A program made the translations under genes and the position numbers. A stretch of DNA of 64,000 bases, from the NCBI GenBank assembly GCA_964016885.1, contig OZ024740.1, positions 242,606,001-242,670,000 of the forward strand, read 5' to 3'. Position 1 is the stretch's first letter, and each line of letters starts with the position of its first letter. The notes beneath the pieces are model-generated. The model saw nothing but the letters and a program-made list of their open reading frames with translations, had not been told where the DNA came from and searched no databases. Of this stretch, positions 1 to 12,995 are shown in pieces. The stretch comes from Eledone cirrhosa. Taxonomy: Eukaryota.

Positions 1-150
1 TTCCTGCCGTTTCTTCAACCATCGCTCATTGTCCATGCCCACCACATGTTTATACCAACGCAGTCTTCTATCTTGTACACCACCTCAAATTCCCCTTGAA
101 CCCAGCTTCTCTCTCAGCTTGTCCAAGCTCTGCCTTTTACACATCCAATG
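1..150 (-). mobile_element. RTE-clade LINE fragment (C-terminal ORF region)
   Basis: Reverse complement resembles the WMC..LREKLG.RGI..VQ.RRLRWY.HV segment of the 16-18 kb RTE ORF. Confidence 0.6.
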
Positions 151-199
151 AAGCCGGTTTTTTTTATGTAAAGTGATAAACCTATATATTTTTCATTGA

Positions 200-408
200 T
201 AATGTACTATACTTGAATTTAATCTGAGGAATATGTGACCAAATTGGTGGTAAAATTGGGCAGAGGTTGGCTTATATATGCCATCTAAACAATGTGTTGA
301 TTAACTGCCTCAGTTTATAAATGGGGTTTGTATTTTTGACCATTTCTCAGACATAAAATGGGGCAGTCGGCTTCTATTCAGATCGGCTTACATTTGAGTA
401 TATACAGT
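200..408. mobile_element. Degenerate pogo/Tigger-like DNA transposon end
   Basis: Ends in gatcggcttacatttgagtatatacagta, resembling TACCGTATATACTCG-type TIRs; internal ggcttata sub-repeats. Confidence 0.4.
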
Positions 409-960
409 AATTATTAGTAACTTACTGCTATGGCACATGAATTAGGAGGTTCAAGTGAACTGACACTTTTTTATTAATTTGCTTAATTTTGGTAGTGGAT
501 CTGATACCTTTATTTGCAAAATCTCTAAGTTCAGTAGAGGTTGTATCATTATTTCTGTATGTGAGCTGGTATCTGTGCAGATTTACAAAAGAGAAATGTC
601 TTTCTCTTTTGCTTCTTGATGAAAATGCATGGGCATGTTATTTTTGTTGTGCGAAACAGGCAGCAGAGTTTTAAATTTTGTTTTCAGAAACTCAACTCAT
701 TGAGCCTTCAGTATCCTATATATCAGTAACAATTGGCTTCTTTCCCAATCTATTATATTTCTACATGTATATGTCTTATGCATGATTTTTAAACTGAATA
801 TATTTCCAAAAGAACACTTTTATAATGTTATGCATTATATAAACTTATATTTGCATTATATAAACTTATATTTGCATTAAAATGCATTTTAATTTGCATT
901 TTGTGAAAATACTTCTCTCCCTCTCCCTATATACAAACACACACACACACATGCATATAT

Positions 961-1394
961 ATCATCATCATCATCGTTTAATGTCCATCTTCCATGCTAG
1001 CATCGGTTAGATGGTTTTGTTCCATCTGATGCAGGAATGGTCGGGAGACCATCTCTTGCTCTCACAGAAGCGTCTCTAGCAGGTTTTTTTACAGCTGGAT
1101 GTCCTTCCTAACACCAACCACATCTACAGTGTGGACTGGGCGCCTTTTCATCGTGTCTCCTACACGGCCACCTTACAGTGTGGACTGTTGTGTCATCGAC
1201 ACAGTGGACGGAACGGGAGAGGGTGTGGCTGTGGGGTGTACATTGAGTTAAAAGGTGCCTACTGACTGTAGGTTTATATGCAATGGTAGTCGGGTCTTCT
1301 GTACAACTGCATGGTGCCAAAGATCTCAATCCAGTGTCATTGTCTTAGAGAGGTGTAGGTGGGCAAGGTCAGTTTTTATCACCTCGTCCCAGGT
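961..1394 (-). mobile_element. RTE LINE 3' end with (GAT)n tail
   Basis: Reverse complement of ttaggaagg.catccagctgta...catgctagcatggaagatggac..taaacgatgatgat, shared with 18.3-18.57 kb. Confidence 0.85.
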
Positions 1395-1917
1395 TTTTGA
1401 ATTTGTTTTGCGAGATTTCTTATCAGAAAACGTGTGTTGAAACAGATATTGTTATACTTTGGAAGGGTCATGTTGCCAATAAAAACACACGCACCTTTTG
1501 GATTTCACTTCAATTTATTATAAATTTCTGGTTGGTTGGTTCAATAACCGGAAGGTTGTTTATATATTGTCAGAGCTCTTTCGTCACACATTCTGTGACC
1601 TCCTCAGTGACTAGGTTTTTATTTTGTGTGTTTCTCCTTTGTTCTGTCCTACACCATCTTGTTTTTGTGTGTTGTGTGTTGTGTGCTTAGTTTGCGCATA
1701 CATTATGTCCGGGTGTGTGTGTGTTTATTTACATGTTCTATCTGTGTGTGTCTGATTTGTTTTCTTAGTTTGGTTTTTGTGTGTGTTTGCATGTCACAGA
1801 ATGTGTGACGAAAGAGCTTTGACAATATATAAACAACCATCCAGTTATCTAACCAACCAACCAACAGGTGCGTGTATTTTTATTGGCAACATGACCCTCA
1901 CAAAGAATAACAATAAA

Positions 1918-1920
<3 letters not shown>
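1395..1920. mobile_element. Short Penelope-like/retrozyme-like element with inverted terminus, ending in (TA)n
   Basis: About 1445-1599 is an inverted copy of 1793-1915; contains a hammerhead; related rearranged piece at 63030-63135. Confidence 0.6.
1569..1611 (-). ncRNA. Minimal type I hammerhead ribozyme candidate
   Basis: Minus strand reads GUCA-CUGAGGA-G-GUCACA(GAAUG)UGUGAC-GAAA-GAGC-UC-UGAC: stem I 4 bp, core, stem II 6 bp, minimal stem III. Confidence 0.7.
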
Positions 1921-1961
<41 letters not shown>

Positions 1962-1995
1962 AGGTTGCATTGGAATGCGTATGAATGATGACAGT

Positions 1996-2174
1996 ACTCA
2001 CTGTAAATGAGGTTGGTGTTAGGAAGGGCATCCAGCTGTAGAAACCGAGCCAACATCAGTTCTTGTATGAGCAAGACATGGTCACCAACCTGGCATTGCC
2101 CACAACAGGACAACCCGTCTAACCCATGCTAGCATGGAAGAATGGACATAAAATGGTGATGATGATGATGATGA
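1996..2174 (+). mobile_element. RTE 3' tail fragment
   Basis: actcactgtaaatgaggttggtgttaggaagggcatccagctg...catgctagcatggaagaatggac...(gat)n. Confidence 0.85.
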
Positions 2175-2857
2175 TATATATGTAAAAGGATGGTATATAT
2201 ATAAATAACAAATATATATATATCGATACTGTTTTTGGCACCAACATTTCTATGAACATTTGTAGTATAGAAAATAATGACTTTATATTCAATTAAAGAA
2301 TCTGATGTTTAGTTTTTTCATAACTGTTCTTGGCACACAAAGATTCCTTTAAAAAATATAACTTCTAAGATATTGATTCAAACACTCCAAATGCCTTATA
2401 CAAAATCAATTCTTGAGAAAATTACATATATAAAATTATAACTCTTTTTCTCGCATGACAGAGTTACAATTTAGCAGTTAAGAGCTAGAAACATTGTTGA
2501 TTGTTATGACTAGCTGCTATGAGTAATATTTCTGTTATTATTTTTTTCTTCATGTATCAGGGTATTTCTATATGTATGTAGAGGAGCCTAAGTTGATGTG
2601 TGAATACTTGTTTGTTATGAAATCCTTGTTTGGTACACCATCCTTTTTAATGTTTTAACCATACTTCTGTATTAAATATAACACAGAAATTAGTAAGAAA
2701 GAAAAAATCCAAATAGGCTTTAATAGGCAATAGATATTGTGTGATCTATAAACCATTTGGTAGTAGGGGCCTGACAGATAACTACATTTGCATGCAGTGT
2801 ATCTAAAGCATTTAAGCTTGATAAAACTCATCCATATTCAAGTTATAGTGAGAGAAT

Positions 2858-3217
2858 TACCATATTTCCTGGCGTCAAAGACACTACTTTTTTCCTAAAA
2901 TAAGTCTCAAAAATCTACCATGCGTCCTGGAGGCTGAATGTTAAAAATTTGAAAAAAGTAATTGTTTCTACTTTTTGGCACAAGGCAGGAATTAACCAGT
3001 GCATTACTGGTACTTTATTTTATCGACCCCGTAAGGATGAAAGTCCGAGGTTAACTTTGCCTTTCATCCTTACGGGGTCGATAAAATAAAGTGCCAGTAA
3101 TGCACTGGGTAATTGCTGGCCTTGTGCTAAAAAGTAGAAACAATTTTATTTTTTTATTTTTGGTTGTTAAAATTAGGGTGTGTCCCCGAGGACAAAGTGT
3201 CTACCGAGAAATACGTA
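2858..3217 (+). mobile_element. Tc1/mariner-pogo type MITE containing an inverted pair of SINE 3' halves
   Basis: Ends taccatatttcctggcgtcaaagac / ccgagaaatacgta; homologous to 15321-15697 and 59239-59409. Confidence 0.75.
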
Positions 3218-3494
3218 GTTGAAAGCATTATAAGATAATGAAACTTTACAAAGCTGAACTTTGTGCCATACTACAGTAACAATTTATGAGTAGGTTATAT
3301 CTGAAATGCTGGAAGAAATAAGTTTTAGATCATCTAGTAGGCCTTCACACAGTTTCAGTTGTCTACTTCAATTTCCCTCACAAGACTTTGATAGAAAACA
3401 CTCAAGATGTGTAGAGAGAAGTAAGCATCTTAATTATCCAATATTGCCTGGGTGAGTGCAACACTGGTATCAGGATATGAACTGTTGAAATTTT

Positions 3495-3815
3495 GTTATT
3501 AGATAACTTTAAAGTACCAGTAATGCACTGGGATAATTGCTGGCCTTGTACCAAACGTAGAAACAGTTATTAGATAAATTTAGAGCAGTGGATTGGCCAT
3601 ATTGGTAGGAGCATCAGGCAACATGCTTTGCAGCATGTGGTTACGGCTCTTTACTATCTGAGTTCAAATTCCACCAAGGTTAGCTTTGCCTTTCATCCTT
3701 AGGGAGTCGATAAAATAAAGCACCAGTAACATACTGGGGTCGATTTAATCAACTTTCCTTACCCACCAAATTGCTGTCCTTGTGCCTAAATCAGAAACCG
3801 TTATTAGATAATTTT
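3495..3815 (+). mobile_element. Tandem tRNA-derived SINE copies (family A), one truncated and one full
   Basis: B box gagttcaaattcc, central ctttgcctttcatccttagggagtcgataaaataaag domain; gttattagataa repeated at three junctions. Confidence 0.8.
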
Positions 3816-4327
3816 AAAAAACGACTGGAAAAAAATACCTGGGGGCGGGGGTCTGTTGCCTGAAATACTAAAAGTAAAGTGGGCACTATTATGCTCGACA
3901 TGAGACAATTATTAAAATTAAACCCAAACTATTGATGAAAAAACTTGTAGACAAAACTGGCATTTAAAAATGTATGCGTTTGACTGTTCTGTTCATGCCA
4001 GGAAAAAATTCCTTTCCACAAGTCATACATGTTTCATATCACTAGGCACAAATGTAATTTTTGTTGGAGTTAAGTATAATATTTTTAAATCAACCACAGT
4101 ATATTAGTAGATTGTATCTCATTGATATTAAAAAAAAAAAAACAGAATCTTTATAAAAATTGTTTTGTTGTTAATGTTGTTAATATCATTACTAGGGCAT
4201 AAATTGTTGCTACACTGCTGGTAGAAATATTCATTAATCATGAATGTACCTTCACAAATTGTTCAAATAATGTTTAGATTGACTATCTCAGTGAAGATTA
4301 ATAACAGCTTGAATACTGTTGAAAAAT

Positions 4328-4345
4328 CTTCTTCTTCTTCTTCTT

Positions 4346-4430
<85 letters not shown>
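4328..4430. repeat. (TCT)n(TAT)n microsatellite
   Basis: Directly visible. Confidence 0.95.
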
Positions 4431-4432
<2 letters not shown>

Positions 4433-4485
4433 AAAAGAAGCTGTTTTATCCTCTGACTGTCCATCACACACACATATATATAGAA

Positions 4486-4685
4486 NNNNNNNNNNNNNNN
4501 NNNNNNNNNNNNNNNNNNNNNNNNNNNNNNNNNNNNNNNNNNNNNNNNNNNNNNNNNNNNNNNNNNNNNNNNNNNNNNNNNNNNNNNNNNNNNNNNNNNN
4601 NNNNNNNNNNNNNNNNNNNNNNNNNNNNNNNNNNNNNNNNNNNNNNNNNNNNNNNNNNNNNNNNNNNNNNNNNNNNNNNNNNNNN
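4486..4685. other. Assembly gap (N run)
   Basis: Run of n. Confidence 0.99.
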
Positions 4686-4801
4686 AACAATTATTATTAT
4701 TTTTAATTGACTGAAGCCAATTTAATCAACTTACCCTCTCCCAAAATTGTTGGCCTTGTACCTAAATCAGAAACCATTATTATTTTTAATGGTATCACTC
4801 G

Positions 4802-4896
4802 TTAAATCCACACTGGTTCTTCACCAAATGTGTTTATATTTGCCAGATTCAGCTGCCCCAAATCGTTATTATTTTCTGGAGGTGAACAAGCAATCA
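4802..4896 (-). CDS. Candidate terminal coding exon of an unidentified host gene: (M)IACSPPENNNDLGQLNLANINTFGEEPVWI*
   Basis: ttcag acceptor (weak pyrimidine tract); phase joins the 6564-6676 exon (A|TG); ends in TAA. Confidence 0.4.
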
Positions 4897-5112
4897 CTGA
4901 ATATATTACTTTACTTTAATTTATACTGTCCAAAACAAATCTGTTAAATACTTTTCAAAACAATTTTAAAAATAACAAGTGAATAAAAGAGCTGCAGAGG
5001 TTATCTGCCTATGACCCCTTCTACTCTATAAATTAATAAACACAGCAGTCCACTAACAGACTTGCTGGTCAACTACATTATTTCTGAACAAGTAGTAAAT
5101 AACAGAACGGTC

Positions 5113-5212
<100 letters not shown>

Positions 5213-6563
5213 CCTGTTGTTTTGCTTTGTATTTGATATTGCTACTGCAGGTGTTCATATTTATTTGTTTCTTGCATATACAGAAGTTCTACTGCTCAGT
5301 ATTTAGACCTGCAAAGACCAAATACCTTACTTTAAAACAAGTGGGGGCATCAAACTTTAGAATTTTACCCCAAAATGCTTAGGTCAACCCATGTCAGCAT
5401 AGATAAATGGATGTAAAAATGATTGCAATAACGATGATGATGATGATGATGAAATGTAAATGAAAAAGACAAATTAATGGGATTTCTACTAAAGAATTTA
5501 TTTAATAACAATTTTCTTCACCTTTGGGATACTTCAACTTTGGCTAACTCATTTTGTTTGCTTTTAAGCACAAACAGACATACATACACCCATCAATACG
5601 TCTATAACATTGCATATAAGCGCATAGTCACAGAATATGTGTGTGCATAATTTAATCTCTGAGTGGGCTTTGTGCATTTATAGAAAACTGTTTTGCAGCA
5701 AGTGAGGATTATTATAACACCGACGATGACTTGCATCTATGCACAATATAACTACTTTGAATCTGATCCCACATCAATCTAATGCATCGACAATTTCATT
5801 GATTTCTGTTATATCGGTGGTCTCTAATTTCCAAGTTATCTGGCATGATATATTGCCATTGAAGCTTTCATTTCAAGACTGGAACAGCTTAAAGTAGAAT
5901 TACAACTCATTATCTGTTTCACTGTTGCTAACCATTTCTCTCTACACTTGTGATAAGAAATTCAAACTAGATATTTGTCTCCTCCTACTTCTATGAATAT
6001 TTGCCTGGAAACTCTCAAGTAGAAGAGAACAGTATTACAACTGTTAAAGAATTATGAGAGAAGCAATAGTTTTCATTTATCTTTAAAGTGGGAGCCTTGA
6101 GACAGAAATAGCAAACAGGTGTCCTTCAAATTGCACCTTGACATCTTAAAACGAAATGACATATTGAATAATGTAGTCCTAAATACACTACTTCTAAATA
6201 AATAAGGGAATGGTCTTGACAGAATCAAATTTATTCATATGTCTGTTTGACCAATGTTCATCTGGGAGTAAACAACATCAACAGCAGCCACCAAATATCT
6301 CCTTCTGGTCTTTGAATGCTTTTTGTACAATCTATGCTGTTCGCTACCTGCATAACTTCTATGGGAACATCTTTCATAGAAAGAGTTTGGAAAAGAAATT
6401 TTCAGAGGATTACATTTTAGTAGTTAGGAGCACAAATTCATGGGATATAAATTGGGATGCTTAGTTCTATATTTTGATTTCCACCATTTTGTAACTAAGC
6501 TCTGTTCTAAGTGAGAACTGGAAAAACAAAATGCCTACTTGATGTTAATTACTTTCAACTTAC

Positions 6564-6676
6564 TCTCAGGGTTTGGACAAATATTCAAAGGCAAATCTTC
6601 CTTCAGCCTTTTAAAAAAATCTGCACCTAACTTTGATAGTTGCTCTTTATGCTGAGGCTTTTGATCATAATCAATG
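6564..6676 (-). CDS. Candidate internal coding exon: IDYDQKPQHKEQLSKLGADFFKRLKEDLPLNICPNPE
   Basis: Acceptor tttgttacag, consensus donor GTAAGT, 113 nt (1+37x3+1) open frame with protein-like composition in non-repetitive DNA. Confidence 0.55.
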
Positions 6677-7659
6677 CTGTAACAAACTTATTTGTAAAAA
6701 AAAATGAAATTATAGATAATCAATCATAAAATTTAATTTTATTTTTTTATTTTTTTCATATGACTTAAAAAGAGAAAGGAAGCGTGTAGTGCATTTGAGT
6801 GTGTCTGAGACTGGTGAGAGGAAAGGAGGAAGTTTACAAGTCATGATGAAAAAATTAAATAGATATATATTTAAAAAAATCAAGAAAAACAAAAATATCT
6901 TCTGGATAATTTTACCTTATCTCTACTAAATTCTCCTCTTTCCCAGAAGCCATCATTTCTTCTCTGAGAAATAAATCTAACACTCCCAATCTTTAACACA
7001 ATTATGTTGTCTAAGATAGAACTTCTACTACAATGTTTCCTCAATAAGTAAAACCTATTCCAAAGTAGATTCTGCTTTCCATTCTGCTCATACTTACTCA
7101 TTTTACTCCAGCAACAAAGAGTTTTAGTTTTTCTGTCTGATAATATGGTAACTCTATGGTTCCCAAAACTTACCCAATCATCAGCAGATGTTCTACATTA
7201 AGAACATTCTCTTTAATTTTCATGTCATGAAATACATTATTTTTTTTATTATTTCACTGTTTATAACTCCTCCAGGCATTCCCATTTTACTTATATTGAT
7301 ATTCTTACTGCCTGCTTATTTGAGTCCCAGTTAAATGTCTAAGTATAGGAACAGAACAGTAATGGTATAATCTAAGAAAAAGCTACCTTTACAATTTGTT
7401 TTATTTTTATTTCCACTTGAATTATTTCACTCAAAATCTCTCACTTCATAGCTTTTCCTTTGGTTAAGACAGTTGACATTTTTCACTTATGAGGTAATCT
7501 TTACAATACATTGAATGTGGCATAAGCAAAACTTAAAACCCATTTATTGGCAACATAACAGCATTTCTTTTTATTTTCATTCTTACCACTAAACTCAGCC
7601 TTATTAGTAACTTTCTTATCACTTAATCTGATGCTATACATCAAACTGCTAGGCAGCAG

Positions 7660-8150
7660 TCAGAATCCCACCCAATTTCTGGTCAAGGAAGTTGCTTAAT
7701 TTCTCAGATCTTTATCAAATTCTATGCCTTTACTTACAGTAGCAGATGTATAACTATCTGATACTATAAATCCAGTAAGGAAGACTATCTACACAAATAC
7801 ATGAGTAAATATCACAACTCAATTTCTTCCTAATTGTGTTTTTCCAAGCCACAAAAAAATAACTAACATAAAAATCAGCATGTGATTTATCTACTGGACC
7901 TTATATCTGAGTCAAGTACTGAGCCAAGGATGTTGTATATAAAATGGGTGTGGCAAGACATGGGATGCATCTTATCTATGCAAATATATACAGTACCTGT
8001 CATCATCAACTGAAAGCCACTTGACTGCAAATGTTCTTCACACAGAAGAATCTTCTAGAGTGCCTGAAAGACCTTAGCTCTACCACAATGACTGCTGCAT
8101 CCTGTCTTTTGCTAAAAAGATGTTAACTATTTTTGCTAATTCTTCTGTAG
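7660..8150 (+). pseudogene. Highly decayed Gypsy-type pol relic
   Basis: Broken-frame traces such as CDLSTGP and TCHH resembling the integrase zinc-binding region. Confidence 0.25.
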
Positions 8151-9679
8151 TGTGATATGTTGTGAGACTAGAAGTGTTGGTGTAATGACAGGTTCACCTG
8201 TAGTAGGGGCTTGACCCTTAAGTTTCTTATCTTTGTTGTGTTTAGCTGGTTATCACACATATTCAAATACAGGGCTAATGCATCTCTCTCCATATACTAT
8301 GGCATGTATTTTGCTATACCAAATATTACTTGCAGTTTCACAAGCAATTTCACCCTTTTTAGTCATGTGAGCACTTTGCCTGTAAATAATCTTATTACAT
8401 TGCTAGGTATCCTAACTTTTCTATACATTTTAAATATATTTTCTGCTAAAATAGCTCGTAAACAAAGATAGCTGAATATTCAGAACTTAATCTGTTTCCC
8501 AGGTGCATTCAAAAAACAAATTCTTTTCTCCTTCCCTCACTCAAGCAACCAGAAAGACTTCATCTTTCTGAATGGCCAACAGATTTAGTAACAGTCTCAC
8601 ACACACACAATCGTCTTCACTGCTTGTCCAACACTAAAAAGGCAGAAGAGCTGAGTCCATACTGCAGGCCCATCTGATGTCACTTTCCTTGTTACTTTTT
8701 GTCTCACAATACATTTCACTGCATCTCTTTATCTATCATTCTTTATTTTATAACTGTGATAAGAAATTACAATTTTACAACACAATTAAGTAGCAAAATA
8801 AAGATTCAAAGATAAATTATCCAGAAGACTGAATAATATTAGAAACTAGGTTCCTGTTTGGCCTACATTGGCTATGGAACAATGTTTTCTTTTTTAGGGA
8901 AAACATTTATGAGGAAAAGATTTTTACACCAGTATATTACTGGTACGCATTTCATAAACTCAAATGTCTTAATTTTAAAGAAAAGCCTCAGTTAATGTCG
9001 CTAGAATTTGAAGTCAGAAATGTGAACTGTCAAACTAAATTCTACTCTATTTCTGCATCAACTTTAACTCAATTGACCAGACAGTACAGAAAAAGCTTCA
9101 CTTGAGAATATATTTTTAATTGCTGTGAAAAAACTAGAATTAATTTTCTTCAATAGGCAGCAAACTGGTGTGTGTTGAAATATTTAACAGTGCAGCATGC
9201 AGACCTGGAGCATATACAAAATTGTAAACAAGTTGAATATGGAAAGAAGAGCAACCAGCCATCTAAAGAGCACAAACACATCAGGGAGTACACCTATCTA
9301 TCTTGGATAAATGCCTCACATAATTTACTCAACCAATATAACTCTCTTCCAAGGAATTGTTTTTAATTCTATATTGGTTTCTACTTTTATGTTTATGCCG
9401 TGTAACATTATTGCATCTCTTGATATTTTCATAACTCTATTATTTGTGAAATTGGCCAAAATACAAAATTGAGAGTGTTCTTATCTAAATTCAAAGGAAA
9501 ATTCTTTTTATTACTATCATAGCTGGTGAAGCCAAGGCTGCCAAAAAGAAAGAAAAACAAACCTTGCTATCAACAGGGCAGAAGCTTTTACATTAACATT
9601 ATGATATAAAATGTACACAAACCACACCACTGAACTATGTTACTTTTACCACCAGTACACATCAACAAGCTAGAAATAG

Positions 9680-12400
9680 AAGGTGAATTAGAAGAAAACT
9701 GACTAGCCACCTAATTACCAAGCCTGATGGACTTCATATTAACCAAGAAATGGGGTAACCAGATTGTGAATACTAAGTCTTGCCCTGGTGAATAATGTAC
9801 CACTCAAGATAAATTAACCATTAGTGACATCAGAGTAAGAGATTGAAAGACCTTGAGGCACAATCTGAAAGATTTCTCAGCCAGATGTAAGTTCAAAGAA
9901 GTAGTAGCTGATGTGAATGTTGAAAATGAGAAGGAAAGAAAATGATAACTTAGTAGATAACTAAGAGATTCTACAAAACAACTGGGTGGAAGCCAGAGAG
10001 CCAGACTGTGGTAGTAGGTGATATGGTGATGAAATGGTACAGTAGATAGAACTGTAAAAACTAACAGACTGGCATAGAAAAAATGGGAGATATGAAAGAA
10101 CAGGGAACATTACCAGGTAGCCAGAAGAGGAGATAGACATCAGATATATTTAGCAAGGAGGAAAGCTAAAAGCAAGAAGTTTGCCAATGTCCTATAATGT
10201 GCGGATTAAAAGTGTAAAGTGTTCACGATTGTAAAGCAGTGTGAATCAGGATGATCTAGGTGAAAAGTGTGTATGTAATGAGAGCAGCACACTTGCTCTC
10301 ACTGATGCCAAGAAGAAGGAGGCATGGAAAGGCTGCTACAGGAGGTTGCTGGATGAGAATATGTGGGGGAGAGAGGGACAACCTCAGGGAGATTCCCAAA
10401 AGAGACTTACTATTGAAATTGATTGTTACACAGTTGGAATGGCTATTAAGTACATGAAGGCATGTTATACAGCCGGGATTCGTTGCTGAAATTTTGAAAA
10501 TATCTGACAAAATAGAGTACTTGTTAGTCAATTACTTAATCAATCAGGTAATGGAAGGAGATGTTATTCATGTGTAGCAATATATCATAATCAATAGCTA
10601 AAAAGACAATGGAGATGTTCTAGAAAAAAGCTTCTACAGAACAACAAACTGATGTACCAGTTATGAAAGTAGCAGTAATAATTAGAGCACAACTGATTCA
10701 GAAGAAAATTTGCTTAGATGAGATGTAGTTCAGATGTGTACCATAAATGAGTGTTGCTGATGCCTTCTTCCCAGTGAGACAATTCATTGACATGAAGAAG
10801 TCTTCTGATGGGACAGCAGAATCTGAGATATGATAGACACTAAGAAAGATGTAAATAAATAGAATGTGTGGACTGTGCATGTCATGAACAGAGATGCCAT
10901 GAACAAGGTGAGAATTAGCAATGAATTCACTAAGGAACTTAGCTTACAGGTTGGTGTCTATCAGGGCCGAGTTCTTAGAATCCATACAATTTATTATAGC
11001 TATTCAGGTCATAAAAGAAAAGTTTAAGAGTCTTTCCGTAGGAAATTCTGTATACCAAGTTCTCATAGGTGAATCTCTTGAAAGATTAGAGAAGAAAATC
11101 CAAATGTGGAAGCAAAGCCTATTAAGAGGCTTCAAAAGTAAACTTTGCAAAGACTAAGTTTTTAGTTAATAGAAAAGAAAACTTTACTGTCAAGTTGGAT
11201 GTCATCATGTTCTATAGGCAAAGAAGAAGTGGGTGTAAGGGAAACAGGCAAACTGAAACAGGAGGACGGGCTTCATATATAACTGATATGCAGGAATAGC
11301 AAGCTGAATGTGGAGAATGAGTAGAAGCAAGAAGAACTACCATCAGTAGAACCATCTCAAGGACCAGTTATCAAAGTTGACAGATATATGGTCAAAAAAG
11401 ATATCAGGGATACTAAAAAGGGAAAAGCTTCTGAATCATCAGAGATAGATGTTGAGATGCTGAAAGCATCTGGTGAAGTAGGTCTTGAGCTAGTCACTTA
11501 CAAAGTCAATTAGGTAATACATGATAATGTCATGCCAAATGAATGGCATAGCCATGTAATCAGTAATTATTACAAGGGATGTTACAACTAGAAAGACAGG
11601 TTCATGCTACTATCTGGGAAATGACTATACTCAAAGGGCCATGAAGAAAAGGAGTAGGAATAAACTCAATTCAGTGCATCCAGTACAGATGTGTAATCCT
11701 TGTGTGCGCAAGAGAAAAAATAGTGGGATCACAGGCAAACTAATAGAGAAAAGAGATTTTGTGTTTGACAGATGCATAGGAGTTGTCAGAGCACCAGTGA
11801 AATAAACACTTTCCGATCCAAGGAAGGTTCCATGGCAGTAGTTAATAGCTTCTGTTACCTCGAAAATGAAATCAACACTGAAAAAAAAATATTCAGAATA
11901 GGGTGGAAGACTTCGAGGGAACTATTACTTCTTCTGGCATAAAAGTGATTCTCTCTCTGAGCCAAGGTTAGATTATACAATGTCTGAACATGGAATCTGA
12001 TATTGCATTATAGTGAGACATGGGCATTGAATGAAGGGGATATGTAAAAGTTGGAAAGAAATTAGGCTAGCATGGCTTCTCTGGATGTGTAATGCTACTG
12101 TGCATGAACAATAAAGCACAGACAAGTTGAAGGAAAAACTGGGCATAAGAGGAACTAGTTGTAGTGTGCAAGAGAGAATGCACAGGTATGGTCACATGAT
12201 GTGTACAGATGATGATCATTGTGTGAAGAAAGGTCTGTTTTTAGTGGAAGGAAGCTGCAGAGAGGTAGACCCAGGAAAACCTAGGTAGAAATTGTGAGCA
12301 CTGATTTTAAAATACTGAACCTCGCAAAGTAGATGAAGGAACACAACAAAGGAAGGGATGTTGTACTGGAGAAGAACTGTACAGCACATGAAAACATGAA
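9680..12400 (+). mobile_element. Old, decayed and internally rearranged RTE LINE
   Basis: Fragments such as GEKCVCNESSTLALTDAKKKEAWK, ESLERLEKKIQMWKQ and RT/C-terminal traces match the 16024 ORF; many stops. Confidence 0.8.
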
Positions 12401-12431
12401 AAGGCAAACATACAACTGATGATATACATAT

Positions 12432-12900
12432 TATGTCAGGTCACGCTCGCATGTTACTGGTAACATATAACCCAGTACAACCTGTCTCATGGTCAGGTCA
12501 TTGGCGACTGATCTAACAACCCCACCAAACTTGCTTGGTGACAAGGGTGATATTTGGACACCCTGCGGAATGAAATATAAGACGTGGCAAAGGAAGGAGG
12601 AACTTAGCAGAGTCAACAGCCATCCAAATAGTACTTTTTTTTTTTTTACCTGAGAGTGAAAGGCTCCCAGTTATTGTCGCAACACCTTTCTAGGAGAGGG
12701 AAACTCTGAAAAAAACCTGCGGCTTCGGAAGCATCCGATGATGTTGACTGGTTCTCCTTTTTGGGTAGTGTTTTCGATGTTCAGAGAGTGGAATTGGTCA
12801 AGTGCAAGGCCTTTCCCCACTTGAAAAACCTTCAAAGCACAGGCATTGCTTGTTCAAGATATGTTACAGGTTTGTGTGACTGGCCGTAACCTAAAAGTGC
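12432..12900 (+). mobile_element. Diverged copy of a non-coding ~600-bp retro-like repeat (family of 41931-42545)
   Basis: tgtcaggtcac...actggtaacat..cccagtacaacctgtctcatggtc..gtc.ttggcgact shared with the minus strand of 42340-42545. Confidence 0.7.
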
Positions 12901-12952
12901 ACCAAACTCTATAATCTGACAAGCGATTGCAATACACTTAGCAGAGTTTATA

Positions 12953-12995
<43 letters not shown>

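Noticed and set aside
6880-7140. Minus-strand ORF vaguely resembling a hAT transposase N-terminus
   Set aside because: There is no BED finger or other diagnostic motif, and the alternative frames are full of stops.
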